From positions 1 through 64,000 of the forward strand of contig NW_021833024.1 in the NCBI RefSeq assembly GCF_006345805.1: 64,000 bases of DNA. The letters are read 5' to 3'. The notes beneath the pieces were generated by a model. It was not told the DNA's origin. It made no database searches and worked only from the letters and a program-made list of their open reading frames with translations. This DNA comes from Octopus sinensis. Taxonomy: Eukaryota. The translations under genes and the position numbers were made by a program. This document shows, one piece after another, positions 12,082-26,034 of this stretch. Position 1 is the stretch's first letter. Each line of letters opens with the position of its first letter.

Positions 12082-13230
12082 TCCCACTTATTTTCTACCT
12101 TTCTTCTAAGAAAATTCACTGAATATAAAAACAAACTAACAAAGATGGAGCAACTGCAGTGACTTTATTTTATTGTAAAAATAATTAATATTTAACAAAT
12201 TGACATTTCACTATTATTTTAAGTAATTATTTATTAATTATTTTTAATCTCTCTGAAAACATCAATTATGTGGGGCTAAAAAGTAGCAACATTTTATCCA
12301 AAGTAAACATGTAAACAAGGTGTTTGACTCGCCTAAGTAGCCTCAGATCAAAGCATCGCCTGATACTTGTGACTGACTGTCAGTACTAAAGACCTGCGGA
12401 CTCTGAATAGATTTGAACAGGTCGTCTGGTCGACAGTTGAGTGGATATGACTCTGGAGTGCTCCTCCGCACAAGGAATGAGTCAGCTCTTCACCATTTCC
12501 TGTGAATCCCCACAAAGTAAAGTCCTTCAAGTCAGTTGAGTTAAATCAAATGTGAACGAGAAAGTGTGATGAGTATCCATAAAATTCGTAACAATTTGCA
12601 CTAATTATTTTTCTTTATTGAACAGTGTAAAGTATCTGGATCAATCAAAGTATAGATATAAATACAATTTTCCCTATAAATACGAGAATGTAGATAAGCT
12701 TTATCAACTTTCCACTTGCAATTTCTCCAATCAATTCGATAAAACGAGATTTTTTAATAATTTTTGTGAACAGTCAAGTACACTCCAGTAGGCCAGACAC
12801 ACTCTACTATCAATTAAACATTTTCAATTGAGAGTGACTGTTTATTTTGAAGTAAATTATGAAAAATGTGAGTTTGATGGATTAAAGGTGTAAGCTCAAA
12901 GAAAACGTAAATTCTCCGCCTCAGTTTAAAGAACGGGATCACCAGTCAAGGTTGGAATTCAAGTTGGAATGTTGGGAGTGCTGATGTGAAGTATGGATTA
13001 AAAGCACACAGTCATTAATGAAAGTTAATTAAAAGAAGGAAGTATGAATACCCAGTGATGTAATCCTATTTATGACGTTTTGGGAAAAGTGAATAGTTAA
13101 TAGATTGAAGTGTCATTGACTCATATTAGAATAGGTGGAGTTGTGTTGGTCAATATGTGACAATCATGACAGAAAATAAATATTCGCTAATTTCCGATAT
13201 ATAAACCGCAATGCACTGCGCCATCGTTTT

Positions 13231-14202
13231 ATGAATTATAACAACAATGTGTCGTGTACATCAATTCCCCTCGACCCCCCCGAAATCAACAGTGTGGGCG
13301 GCATTGGGAGGGAGAGAATCCTCAATCGAAATGGCCAATACAAAATGAAAATGTCCGGATGGGGCTATATGAGGAAAATAAAGGATTTGTATAATACATT
13401 TCTTGACCTAGCCTGGTGGAAAGTGTGTCTGATATATCCGATTGTGTTTATTATTTCCTGGCTCTTCTTCGGGCTGCTGTGGTTCCAAATATCAAAGGAG
13501 AAGGGACAGTGTTTGGCCAACGTCGACTCGTTTTATTCCGCGTTCCTGTTCTCCCTGGAGACACAGCGAACGATCGGGTACGGCCACCGATACATCAGAC
13601 AGACGTGTTTCAGTTCCTATGTGGTGCTAGTCCTGCAGTCGAGCATTGGAATTGTCATTCACGCACTCATGGTCGGAATGATGTACGACCGTTTCTCCAA
13701 AAACAACAATCGAGCACAGACTATTCTCTTCTCCAGAAACGCAGTGATCTGCCAGAGGGACAATTTCCCCTGTTTTGTATTCAGAACAGCTAACTTGCAG
13801 GCAACAGGCCTTGTCGACTGCCAGGTTGTTCTCAAGTTTGTGTATTCTACCATTACTGAAGAACAGGAGACTATTCTCCTTGATTTTATTAACCTCCAAG
13901 TCGGCGAGGATGACGTTTCTCAGGAAATTGAATTTTGTACTCCAGTCCTCATTGCACACAGAATCACGCCTGCTAGTCCAATCTACGACTATCTCGAAAA
14001 AGGTCTCGAAGAATCCCAATTTGAAATACTCGTTCTCCTGACTGGGTGCGACGAAGCCACTGGAGTCACCATCCAGGCTCGAGTCTCCTATCTTCCCAGA
14101 GATATCATCCTCAATCACCGATTCGTTATGATTGAGTCTTTGTCCAACTCGAATGATTGGATTCTTGATTTTAAAAAATTTCATTCTATTTTGCCCGAAT
14201 AA
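13231..14202 (+). CDS. Inward-rectifier K+ channel (Kir), intronless, 323 aa
   Basis: SAFLFSLETQRTIGYG filter, two TM helices, the two extracellular Cys, TILFSRNAVI, QARVSY. Confidence 0.95.
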   Translation: MNYNNNVSCTSIPLDPPEINSVGGIGRERILNRNGQYKMKMSGWGYMRKIKDLYNTFLDLAWWKVCLIYPIVFIISWLFFGLLWFQISKEKGQCLANVDSFYSAFLFSLETQRTIGYGHRYIRQTCFSSYVVLVLQSSIGIVIHALMVGMMYDRFSKNNNRAQTILFSRNAVICQRDNFPCFVFRTANLQATGLVDCQVVLKFVYSTITEEQETILLDFINLQVGEDDVSQEIEFCTPVLIAHRITPASPIYDYLEKGLEESQFEILVLLTGCDEATGVTIQARVSYLPRDIILNHRFVMIESLSNSNDWILDFKKFHSILPE

Positions 14203-14285
14203 TATGTTTTCTTATTTTTGTAGAATATTCTTTTTCGGTTAAAATGCTAATTTTTGGATGTTAAAATAAACGAATTATCATTTCA

Positions 14286-14886
14286 ATGAAATATTCAGGT
14301 CAGTCTGTATTTCTTGCATATGTAGGGAGTATTCTATTTGCTGTTTTCACTCTCGTCTCCTTTTCATTTTCGGTCGTGTTCTACGCCAGTGGTACAACAC
14401 GGACTGTAATGTCTAGGGGGAACATCACTTTTTCGTTGTCCCATGAAGAGTGCTATTCCAAAGTTGTTGTTCTGTGCTGGAATATTCGGCATGTTAGTAA
14501 TCCTCACATCTTTTTTCACTTCATTCAACCCCGTTACGAAAAGAAACCGACAAAAGGAGGTAGTCCTTGCAGATTATGTTTCCCTATTCTTCGTGCTAAT
14601 CGTGATCATCTTAAGCATTGCATGTAATTCTATACATAACTATACTCCAGCTCTGGCACTGGCTATTGCAAATCCTATCAGGAAGGAGAATAGCGAGTTT
14701 GTGTTGTCACATGGATTCATTGTCAACCAGATGTACTGTGATCCCCAAATCTACGACATTGTCTATAAATACTTGCCAGTCCAGCTTGTATTTAGTGGGA
14801 CCTACTTTGGGTTTATCTTAATGCGTGTAGTGTTCTACATGAAATCCCAAAAAAACCTTAATCTCCTCAGCATTTTACTTTCTTAA
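14286..14886 (+). CDS. TMEM272-like multi-pass membrane protein; one 25-nt intron
   Basis: Spliced product ...VFYASGGTSLFRCPMKSAIPKLLFCAG...MYCDPQIY, four hydrophobic segments, CP-x4-IP and YC-x4-Y motifs. Confidence 0.6.
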
Positions 14887-15465
14887 TGGTCGAATATTTA
14901 AAAATATTTCGTTTCATTTTTCTAACAAAATGGTAAAGTGGAGACGTGATTCTGGAAATGACCTACATATATAAGCAGAGCAGTTCGTTCTATTCTTTTA
15001 CCCTCAATTGCACCGCACCCTTTATGGAAAGTGCATTTTGATAATTCCAAGAGCACTCATCATCGTGTTTGGACCACCTTCATATCGAATTACCCATAGT
15101 TACTTATCTTTTTAGATTTTAGGAGCCAACTCCAAGTAGGTTAATTTTTTTGTTTTTTTTTAACAACAATAAGGACGTGAAAAGATAGCTAAGCTAATTA
15201 CTGGAGTCACGAGACACCCGGCCAGCCTCGCGAATGGCGAAGCCGTTCTCTCGGATCACAGCAAACGACAGACGTTCCAGTAGCCAAGAATACTCTCTAG
15301 GTTAATTGTCCTAATTTTTAATAGTTTGAGTAAGTAGGTCAATTCTCCATCCAAAAAGAGGTTTTCTGTTTTTTGAAGATTGATGACCATTCTTAGACAG
15401 CTAAGAGTCATGTTTTTGTTGTGGGGGAGAAAACGACTTCAAGTCCTATATATGAAGTGCATAAA

Positions 15466-16100
15466 TTAATGTATTCTGATTGATGGATATGAGAATGTCA
15501 CTTCTTGCTCAAATGAAAAACTGCGGATAGGGAGAAAAGTGGGACAGCAAACAAGGTAAATGGTCGTCAAAGGTGATTGCAGGCATCCAGATATAACACC
15601 TTGTTTTGTATTGACTGAAGTTCCGCCGTGGAGCTTGTAAATAGCCAAGAACTTGCATACCTTGGTACGGGGTGGATGTATTATTTGTAGACTTGTTTGA
15701 GGAGTGGTTTCTGGGCATCAGTGATGTGACCACTTATTGCTTTTGGAATGTTTGTACGCCTGTTTGCATTGTCCGAAATGTTCGAGACATTTTTGTAAAA
15801 CAGAGTTGTGTCAAAAATAAATCCGAAAACAGTGGTGTGTTTGAATAGCGGAAAGTCAAAATCAAAGAGATATGTCATCTATCGGAAGATAATAAAGTGA
15901 TCGAGAACTTGGGGGACAAAACCCCGAGGTGGTTATCGTTTAGCCAAATCACAGTAGAGTATAGTTATTGGTAAATTTTGAAAGAGGCGGTTTTGCAGTC
16001 TTAATGTTTTGAGGCAATAATAATGTGCACAGACAGTGGCATGTTGTTCGGGTCGTTAACCGCAAATTCATCTAAAGTAAGGAACCCTGTTGTACCTTGC
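15466..16100 (-). mobile_element. Decayed LINE (I/Jockey-like) RT C-terminal fragment
   Basis: GFIFDTTL...RRTNI.KAISG...LKQVYK*YIHP...LQSIQNK with stops and frameshifts. Confidence 0.55.
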
Positions 16101-16107
16101 TGATAAG

Positions 16108-16745
16108 ATAACGTTGTTCAGAACAAAAGATTGAGTGATCGCTGGGTAGAATTGTGTTTTAATTAAAATAATGTTTGTTTTCTTTAATAAATTATTTTAA
16201 TTTTTGGTTATCCAATTATTGAAAACCTAATAAATTATGCACGTGTAAACACGCGGTTGACATACCTTGGGGTTGTATTACTTTATTTGGTCGATCTTTA
16301 TTTTTTTATTTAATTGGATTCAGAAGGGATATTCTGCGATGTAGTTTCTTTTAATGGTTAAATTATCTGAAATTTCATCATTTTGTAATATTTGCAAGTT
16401 TATTCCTTCAATCTGTATATTTTACTTATTTTGAAATTTTGAAAATTGAATTTCATCCTATTTTTAATGAAAATTTTTATTCGTTTTTATTCTTTATTAT
16501 TTATATTTTGAGTCGATAAAGCTATTTATGATATTTTTTATATTTTCTATTGAAATCTCAAGCTGTGATATTATTATTAATCAATGAGATTTATTCAAAA
16601 ACACCATTGAAAATAAGAAGTGCTAAGATTCGAGATAGTTGGCTTTATTTTTTATATTTTGAGTCGATCAAGCTATTTATGATATTTTTTATGATTTGAT
16701 TTATACATTTCTTATTTAAAATGGTTTTTTGAATAAATCTTTTTG
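16108..16745 (-). repeat. Mosaic repeat, partial and rearranged copy
   Basis: Reverse complement of 8110-8510 plus modules of 7590-7640 in both orientations. Confidence 0.8.
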
Positions 16746-17110
16746 AGCAAATCTCCGTCTTCTCCTTGTTGATTGACTCGAATTGCAACTCTAAATCTTC
16801 AAGCCGGCCTCGTATGTCCCACGGTTTCCTTTCAGCCTTTTTGGTCGCTATGTCTGATTTAAGAATAGATTTACTTGCTCCCGTCTTTCGAACTGTTTGA
16901 TTAGTGCCTCTCGATGCCACAGTTGTTGATTTTTTAGTCTGAAATACAAATAAAATATATACTCGTCAAATGAGGCTTTAATATGCCCGTTGCTGTGGTT
17001 GGTCTCGTCAAAGTTGAGCTTGTTTTGCCCGTTGCTGTGGTTGGTCTGGCAGAATTTGGAAGATTAGATCCAGTTTTTATTTTTGACAAAAGTTTTAATT
17101 TTAAATTCTG
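16745..17110 (-). pseudogene. Kinesin-14 (KIFC1/Ncd-like) N-terminal tail fragment, no motor domain
   Basis: ERKPWDIRGRLEDLE resembles the KR..WD.KG.L motif; RPTTATG repeats; truncated at the mosaic repeat; the apparent 24-nt intron does not restore frame. Confidence 0.5.
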
Positions 17111-17900
17111 TTTTGTATATATATTTTTTTTTTTTTTTTTTTTTTGATGAAAACCAACCAATAACTACAAGTTAATTGTAATATTTGCAAGTTTTTGACA
17201 AATACCCAGGCTTGTATTTGGGATTAAATATATTCGATAACAAAAATTAAAATCGATGCCAAAGCAGAATGAGCTTTAAAACCGATTTCATAAATAAAAA
17301 TAATATTTTAAAATTTATAATTGATATTTTAGAATAATGAAAAAAAATCTAAATGCTTCATAGTTTATTAAAATGTCAAAACAAGAATCTTCTGAAGGAG
17401 CAAGCCTGTCTGCACAGTTCATTTTTGATTAGAAGACCTAATTTTAGAGATTAAAACGAAAAAATAGCAATGAGATCTGTCAAATTATTACCCCCCTCAC
17501 AACCTAAACCAAATTAGCGTTCAGTATTAATTGATTTTACTTTTTCTATTAAGGTCTACTTATAAATTATTTTATGGGATTCAATGGAAAACTTAAGTTA
17601 TTTCAATTTTAATTTTAAATCATGTTAAAATTTTAAATAATTTAATAAATATATTTGTTGATGATAGGCTTGTTAGCTGTCAAAGTGCGTCTAGCGCTCG
17701 GTCGCGCGCTGCGCTCGCGACATAATATAGTGTAAATAGTTGCAGATACCTTATCCATCACCACTTCAAAAAATTAAATAATGGCGCTTATTTATTTTAA
17801 ATTCTGTAGAGGGTTTTCCAGTGAATAATTCTAAAATAACTAAATATAGAATATTGTGAAAAAATAATATTTTTGTTGTAAACAATTTTAATGAATACCC

Positions 17901-18038
17901 TGGGACATCGTCGTCTCAGGCCGATCTTCCGGGAAGGATTGAACCTTTCAGAAGGATCTCCCTCGTTTGGATCGGCGATCACGGGATTAACTATAATTAA
18001 CTGGCTTTCCCGTATTGGTCTTTAAATAATAATAATAA
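17901..18038 (+). mobile_element. Short LINE 3' end with (TAA)n tail and TSD
   Basis: TSD TAATGAATACC at 17890-17900 and 18039-18049; homologous to 33830-33965 and 54730-54865. Confidence 0.75.
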
Positions 18039-18069
18039 TAATGAATACCAGCAGATATAATTAAAAGTT

Positions 18070-18346
18070 AACACACCAATCCATCCGAAGTGAACACCGC
18101 CAACATTATCGACGTAGCGTTGCCTCTCAGAGATCAACTGGAGAAGCCACCGGATCTCACGTGTTCGTTGCTTTTAATGTGGCTAACCCACTTATTCCTC
18201 CAGTTGTCTCGACCACAATCGGAAAGAACGCGAATTGGTCTCACAACGCTTTATATTTTCTTTTTTTGGCCCTCATTGTGGTGTCGATAACAATCGACGG
18301 TGGCCCCAACACCGGCATTTGTGAGTCTGGCAAATCTCCAGTCTAA
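18070..18346 (-). mobile_element. Decayed CRE C-terminal fragment
   Basis: LEICQTHKCRC and FFPIVVETTGG-like peptides. Confidence 0.55.
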
Positions 18347-18586
18347 GTGGTGAAAAATATATTTTATTGTTAGCTAAGTGAAATAGTGTGAAGGTACTTT
18401 TGGATATCATGCATCAAGAAATAAGGCTCTCAAACAAATATCATTAATTTATTTAGTCTTATTTCATGATGCATGAAATCAGCAAGTATCGATGTGATTG
18501 TTTAAGGTTCGTCAGTAATATACTAGTAACAGAATAAGAATATGATTTTATTGACAGAATAGCAAGAGAAGGAAATAAAAAAAATT

Positions 18587-21500
18587 ATCACTGTCTCATT
18601 TAAATATTTTCGGTTTTTAAGGATCTGAAAAATTCAAGAGTAAATGTATTTAATCTGATTTTATACAAAATATTTTTTGATTTGAACGTAAAAATTTTAT
18701 TTATGAACTTTCGCGATGCCAAATTTTTAATGCAACGGGCTAAGATGTCGATGTGTACTCCACCTAGAAATCAAAATAATAACAATATTATTTATTATAA
18801 CATTCCTAGACCAGGATGGACAACCGCATCGGAGAGGCAGAAGTCCGGTGGACGGAACATCGTTCTTGCCATTGCAGAAGGGACTGAGTGCACGATCCAT
18901 GAGGACTGGGTTAAATTACGTCCTTTCCCAAGTGTTGGGAAGTGCTTCCAGAATGGCCAGGAATAGGTAGCCTACCCTGCTTCAGTGCTTCAATCGACGA
19001 TTCCTCTAGAACTTATCGTTGAATGAAGAAACTTGACGAGATTCCTACTTCTGGCTTGCTAGTGAGACTGTCGGATTCGGTCACTCCGATAGTATTCCCT
19101 TCGTGTTCTAAACAACACGAGCACTAGAGTAGCAGTTATCACTACTCTTGCAAGTTAAGGAGATATTTAGTAGGCATATCTCTCGAATCATGTTGTTCCC
19201 CTTGCGGACCGCAGAGTGACCCGAAAGATACCTCGGTGACAACTTAGGAGTTACGTTATGAGTTGCATCAATCGTGTCATATTTTACGTGATCATGCGTA
19301 AGGCTCCATCGACAATGGACAAGATTTTTCTTTATTTCTACTCGCCACAGACAACCTATGATGAAATAATCCAGAAGCCTATGTCAAAAAGTAGGTGAAA
19401 GGAAAACATTGAAACGAAGGTAGCCGCAAGAAAGGTAGAGCTGGAAGCTCTGACTGGGTACATTCATAATGTGGGCAATGCGGTCAATGGCAAGACTCCC
19501 CTCATAGTGCGTACTGTACTTTGTCGAGAACGAACTGTCAAATAGGACCTATGCTCTCTTGATGACCGAGTCTTGTGATGTTTCTGATATCCACAAAAAT
19601 TTCGATGAGGCACTAACCCGTCTCTCGGACTGGAAGACAGTTGGCGTCGATAAGGTGCATAATTTTTTTATAAATCATCTTTCGTTTTGAAAAAAAGAAG
19701 GCTTGGCGAAACTGTACTTTTCTGACAAAAACAGTACTGTCACTGTGAACAAAGCGATGGCCCTTACAAAAAATCGATTACTAGGTCTTTGAATGACTTG
19801 GTTGAAGAAGAATACATTCTTCGGCATACAAGCTGATGCACGTGAGGACTTCTTCGCTGGTGATTATAGATGCCTGAAATGCACAGTTCGGGGAAAGTGG
19901 GTCTTTTTAAGGCTTCTAGCAATTCAGAAGATACATGGAAGACTGCTTGGCATTCCACAGTCAATGTCTTACAAATATGGTAGCATGGAATATAACGGAA
20001 GGGAAAACTGGAAAAATCAATTTAAATGCAATGAATGCACTTCAAGACTAGCTTAACTCACAGAAGGGAAAAACTAATTCTTACCCTAAAGGTCCTAATT
20101 TTTTAACGTTAACAAACAGGCCAGTTACATCGCTCTCTACATTCGATGATATAATGACTGTCTTTCCTTTGGCTAATAAAAATATTCGGATCTGGACTTC
20201 AGAATAATCAGCAAAACTCTTATTCTAATATCAGAGCAGGAATAATTCAGTCGAATTATTATCTTAATTAATGTTTCTTTTTTAGGGCACCTACTTCGCT
20301 GACATGTTACGTATCCACACCTCTCCTTTTTTATTGTAATAAGAAAGTCAACTCCTCTTACTAGTTTACTGACATTCTTAGTTCCTCTCTTCTAGCAATA
20401 AGACTATTCGTCTCCTCCGAAACTTGATGGTTGTCAACCCTCTTGCCATTTCTGTTTCCTCCATCCTTTTCTTGATTGTCACTGATTGGAATGACGCCAT
20501 AGTTGAGAAATCTATATTCAATTCAAAATTACGTTTTTTGGTCTTGTAAAAGTGCTATTCCTACACTAAGTTTTGATCGACGCTTCAAAATATTGTGGGA
20601 CGCTTCTCTTGTTCTATTTAAACTGTTATGTCATTTAAATCTTACCATCTTCAATACAATGATAACGATCGCCAATTTTTTGAAAAATGTTGTTTCAAGA
20701 GAATTCAGATATTTATATCTTGATCCTTACCTCGAATGACGAACCACGCCTTATTAAACTCCCAGTGAGTACGCGTTAACCAAAAATACTTGAAATACAA
20801 CTAAAAAACGCAATTTGTTTTCTCTACAAGAAACCAATCCATTAAAAGTCTGTAGTTTAAGCTGTCTATTAATTTAACTACAAGAGACAACTTGGGGAAG
20901 CATATGATAGATGTACGATGGGATATAATGAGGGAAAGCGATTACGAACAGATTCTAAAATATGATCTCGACGGATAGAATTGAATGCATTCTTGACATC
21001 TAGTTTAAGGTGGAAATGGACTCCATTATTTTCGGATGAAGCCAGCTGCCGTATACCATAGGCGGCTGCTTCACAAGCACCTTTCACACCTACGCCCAGT
21101 TGGATCGGCATTAAAAGTTCAGTTGCTTCACAGACTACCGAACGGCAAATAATTTTACCGCCAGGCGTCTAAAGACATTCCCAACAGCAATGGGTCGTAT
21201 TCCACCATCACATTTGTTTAGAGCCGTCAGATTTGCGGAGAAAAGTAAATCTTTTGCGAAAGGAGGGATCTCACCAGAGATAATTCTTGTGCATAGGCAC
21301 ATGATGGTCAACATTAGACGTCTTCCCGCCTCAGCAGTTACCGGAGAAAGAAGATCCTTGAGATGGATGGGTTTCATACCGTAATACCACCACTGCTACT
21401 AAAAGGGAAAGAACTGAGAGCAGCAGATACTTCTGCTGAAGTGACGGAAGAGGCGTTACAAACGGAACCAGTGACAGCTCAGGAATTTCGGATAGATCTT

Positions 21501-22886
21501 CCGGTGCCGCAGGGTGTTTTGAACGTAGTTGACTAAGAACCTTGTCCGAAGGAGGGGCAATAGATGAGTTAGAGCAGATAACACGTTGTTCAGAACACAA
21601 GATTGAGTGATCGCTGGGTAGAATTGTGTTTTAATTAAAATAATGTTTGTTTTCATTAATAAATATTTTAATTTTTGGTTATCCAATTATTGAAAACCTA
21701 ATAAATTATGCACGTGTAAACACGCGGTTGACATACCTTGGGGTTGTATTACTTTATTTGGTCGATCTTTATTTTTTATTTAATTGGATTCAGAAGGGAT
21801 ATTCTGCGATGTAGTTTCTTTTAATTGTTAAATTATCTGAAATTTCATCATTTGTAACATTTGCAAGTTTATTCCTTCAATCTGTATATTTTACTTATTT
21901 TGAAATTTTGAAAATTGAATTTCATCCTATTTTTAATGAAAATTTTTATTCGTTTTTATTCTTTATATTTTGATTTGATAAAGCTATTTATGATGTTTTT
22001 TAATGATATTTTCTATTGAAACAAGAAATCTGTTCTTGAGATTCTTTGCTCTTAGTAGTACAACTAAGAACCTCGCCTCCTCTTCGTCTATTCGAGTGTA
22101 CTCTTCACTGGGTCCCGTCTTATTCGATGAGAGAAATTAAATTCTCTCGGCACAGTCAATGCTGAACTGTGCTTAGTGCGGGAGTCTACATTGATTATAA
22201 ACATTCCTACAATTTCGGAGGGAGAGGACAAAGTCCTGGTTAAGCTGTGCAGACGATGCAAATTTTTTCTGCGTGTTTTGCTAATTTTAAATTTTGTAAA
22301 CAAAACATTCTTGCATTTTCTTAGCGATTGGACAAATTCCTGGTCGCGTTGAGATTCTTTGCTGTCTAAATATATGAGCAGGATTCATTACTAGAAATTT
22401 TGTTACAATTCTGCCCATATTCTTTATATTTTGAGTCGAAAAAGCTATTTATGATATTTTTTGATATTTCCTATTGAAACAAGAACGCCTGTTTTTTATT
22501 TATACATTTCTTATTTTCAATGGTGTTTTTGAATAAATCTCATTGATTATTTTTTATTTCGTAATTCTCTTGTGCAAGTAAGTTGCGCAATAATCCCGAT
22601 TGCATAACTCTGTTTAAAGTAAAAAGATAGCTAAGCTAATTAATGGCCTCACGAGACACCCGGCCAGCCTCGCGAATGGCGAAGCTGTTCCCTCGGATCA
22701 CAGCAATCGACAGACGTTCTAGGAGCCAAGAATACTCTCTTGGATCGTGGCTTGTCCTTGTAATCCGTCGAGCGAGCGAAGGAAGCGGAGTGTCTTGGGG
22801 CCATGATTAACTACTGAAATATTTGCCGACAATATTCGCTTTTTACACCTCCTCTAAAACCTTCTTTACTTCTCTAAGCCATTATT
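18587..22886 (+). repeat. 4.3-kb direct duplication, copy A (contains CRE RT fragment 20878-21590 and mosaic repeat 21577-22886)
   Basis: Colinear and near-identical to 26035-30343; ORFs 18682 and 26130 are identical. Confidence 0.95.
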
Positions 22887-23450
22887 TCTGACAACTAATT
22901 TCTGACAGTTGTCAATCTAATTTCTGACAACTGCATATAAGTTTAATGGAAGGATTTAATTTCGATAGAAATATACTCGCATTCTCAAAGGATTCATAAT
23001 AACTTATTATTGTTCAAAATGTTGATTGTTCAAAATGCTGTGTTCCTGTTAAATATGGAAAAAGTTTCAACGTTGAACAACATCGCCAAACGTTGAAACA
23101 CAAAAAGAGATTAGATCAGGAAAATCCAATGTCCAAATAAGTTGGTCTAATAAATAAATAATGGGAGAATAATGCGGTTTAGTCGTGGTCGGCCTTGTGC
23201 AGAGGATTTTTTAACTTCCAAACGAAATAATAGAAGCAGTACATTTTTAAGAATCCTTCAGCTTCATAAGACATCCTTGGTTGACTCAAGTATAATTAAC
23301 TTTGATTTATTTGAATCTAATTAAGAGGGATATAATTCTGCAGCATTACCAACCGAGTTTATTCGTCTTCGATTAAAAAATATGATATTTTAGATCTAAG
23401 TTGAGATAAAATCTGTCCGAAGTTGTTTTAAGTGGAGATCAAGAAACTTA
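22887..23450 (+). mobile_element. Decayed DNA transposon 5' part (zinc-finger N-terminus, hAT-like)
   Basis: Subterminal TTTCTGACA x3; CSKC...VEQHRQTLKHKK. Confidence 0.4.
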
Positions 23451-24879
23451 GAAAATGGGATTTCCAATCTGAGAAAGTGGAACTAATATACTACGAAAAA
23501 GTGAACATTGTCCCGATTTCACTAACTTTGATGCACTCATGAAAAGTATATGGAGTAAGGATAATCAATAAACATGAATGAGTCAGTCATTGATAATTAA
23601 AAACAGACTAGGAAGTAAAATTGTGTATTTTTAAAAACAAAATTGTTCCATAGAAAAGGAACATTGAACTAGATAGTAGAATACATTATAGTAGAATAGA
23701 TTATATTTGACACGATTGTTCCTTTGCAGTTGATAAGTCAAGAGTAAGGATACAGACTTGCTTACGTGAAATCTTTCACGATGAACTGGATAAATGGGAC
23801 TGAATGCCTGAAGGGAGAAATGGATGTCACCATGTAGATAGCGTCGAGTTTACTAGTCAAAGATGAAACTGACTAGTTAATAGCTTACTTTTAATGAACT
23901 ATGCCATGATTACATAAAGAAATGTGTATGAAAAAAAATAAATAACATTTTTTTGAAAAAATTGTTAATAAGGGCCATAACCTTTATATCGAAGGATGTA
24001 AATTGTCATCACTGAAATGAACCCCAAAATGAAGATTACAAAATACAATATTTTTTGCTTCCGGAATTTTCTTAAGGAATATCTTTGCGCATCTGGAGAG
24101 ACCTTAAATTAGGTAATCGACCTCTAAACCACGTATATAATCTGATTCGACTGTTGCAATTTTGGTGCTGACTGTATCTTAATATTTTCCTCATAACTTG
24201 GCGGATCCATATTATTATCACACAATCTACTTAACTAACAAATGCAGACAATTTTATTAATTAATATTTTTAATACAAAATAAAAAACAAATTAAAATTA
24301 ATCATTTCTTTATATCATATTTTGATAAACAAATAAATAAGTATTTATAATTTTTTAGACTTGATAAATTAATCATAAATATTTTTCAGAGAATAAAGCA
24401 AATTTTAATGATATTACATTCATTTTCTCTCACCAACGGTGTGGGTAACCTTCACGTGGTGTTGTTTAGATGCTGTTTTAACAGCAACTAAAAGACCTTC
24501 AACAATCTCCCGATCTGTTCGTTGCCACATCGATCTTCTAGCTGCAATTGAGCGAGGACAAAGCTCTAGTTCCCATGCTTCTTTTCCCTTGTGCGGTGAC
24601 ATAGAGAAGAACTCAGGATCTTCATGACAGTTAAGACTGCTCCAATTGAACATAAATGGAATCTCTTGAAAATCCTTCGAAGTGAATTCATTTCTCTTAA
24701 CACATTGTACCGATATTGCACTGTTTAAGAGACGAGGCTCTCTATGTAAACCAACTCTAAAATTCAAGCTATCATGTCTATCAAAAATATATTGATCGCG
24801 GGGACCTAAATGTAAAAAAAATCCAGTCTGGCTTTCAAATCAATGCCAAGACTAGCAAAACCTACAACTAATGTCGTAA

Positions 24880-25800
24880 CTGAAAAATCTAGTCATATTG
24901 AACGACCCACACTTACACACAAGGTGTGATCTAAGATCTAACGACATTAATACATCCACGGATCTTTCCCTCTCCTCCCCATCAATCGCCTCTTGCATAA
25001 ATTGGTGAGTGATTCATGATCTCCCATCAGGCCACAATCCAATTTTTATTTCAATTAACCTTCTATCACCTTGGGACATTTTTCGAAGAACTATCATCAA
25101 TTAAAACCGGAAAATGGATCCCCCATTGTCAAGATATTGAAGCTGCCTTCAAAGGCTTCTCTGTAGGAGGACATAACTCACTGGAATCCGCTATCCAATT
25201 CTTCACATCAACACTATTAGCGGCTGATAAGAGATATGTGCTGAAAGGATTCCACAAAAATGCAAAACCGTGCTTCAACAGAGAAATAGTAGAAAAAAGA
25301 CGTTCAATGAAAAGAAACAATCGCACAAACGTGCACGAATTGTCAATCCTCGATGAGAAAATCAATCAGATGATCGTAAAGCTTAAGAGAAATAAATGAT
25401 CAGAATTTATTTCCACTTTCGACCACAGCACTAAGCTCTTGCATCTCTGGAGAGCTCTAAAAGGAAAGTGTTCATCACAAACAGCCGACACAACACGCCT
25501 CTGGCCTCAACCAAAAAGGGCAAACGAAATCGGTCAGAGAACAGACAAATACTCTCATGAACCACTATACGAAAATCAGTTACATGAGGATAGATAAAGA
25601 TACCGTTGCTGAAAACTCAAGCTTGATAAAAACTTACTTTCTCCAGAAATAAAAATATCAATTTCTGAAATTAGTTAACTCTTTAAAAACGCTAAGAATA
25701 CTCACGTTGGGCCCGATGGTCTTTGCATATACCATCCGAAAAATCTTGCCAAAATTGATTGAATGCACTGACTGATATTTTTAAAAACATGGACGATTCT
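24880..25800 (+). mobile_element. Decayed LINE ORF2 fragment (endonuclease-RT linker)
   Basis: DLSLSSP.., KPCFNREI, LWRALK, GPDG remnants with stops. Confidence 0.5.
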
Positions 25801-26034
25801 CTACTTGAATTTGAATCTCTCAGACTCGACCTTCGACAGTAAATTTTTTTTTAAGACGTAGACTGTGCTACTCTGATCTGGAGATTGAGGCACTCTTTTC
25901 CAAATATATAACCGGAAAGGACAGAGTTCTCGACTGATATTCTGTTCCCGATCTAATATAATAAAATTTCGCGATAAAAATATCAGAACACTAAGCTTTT
26001 TTTTACAAAATTAGTTACATATAAAATAACGGAA

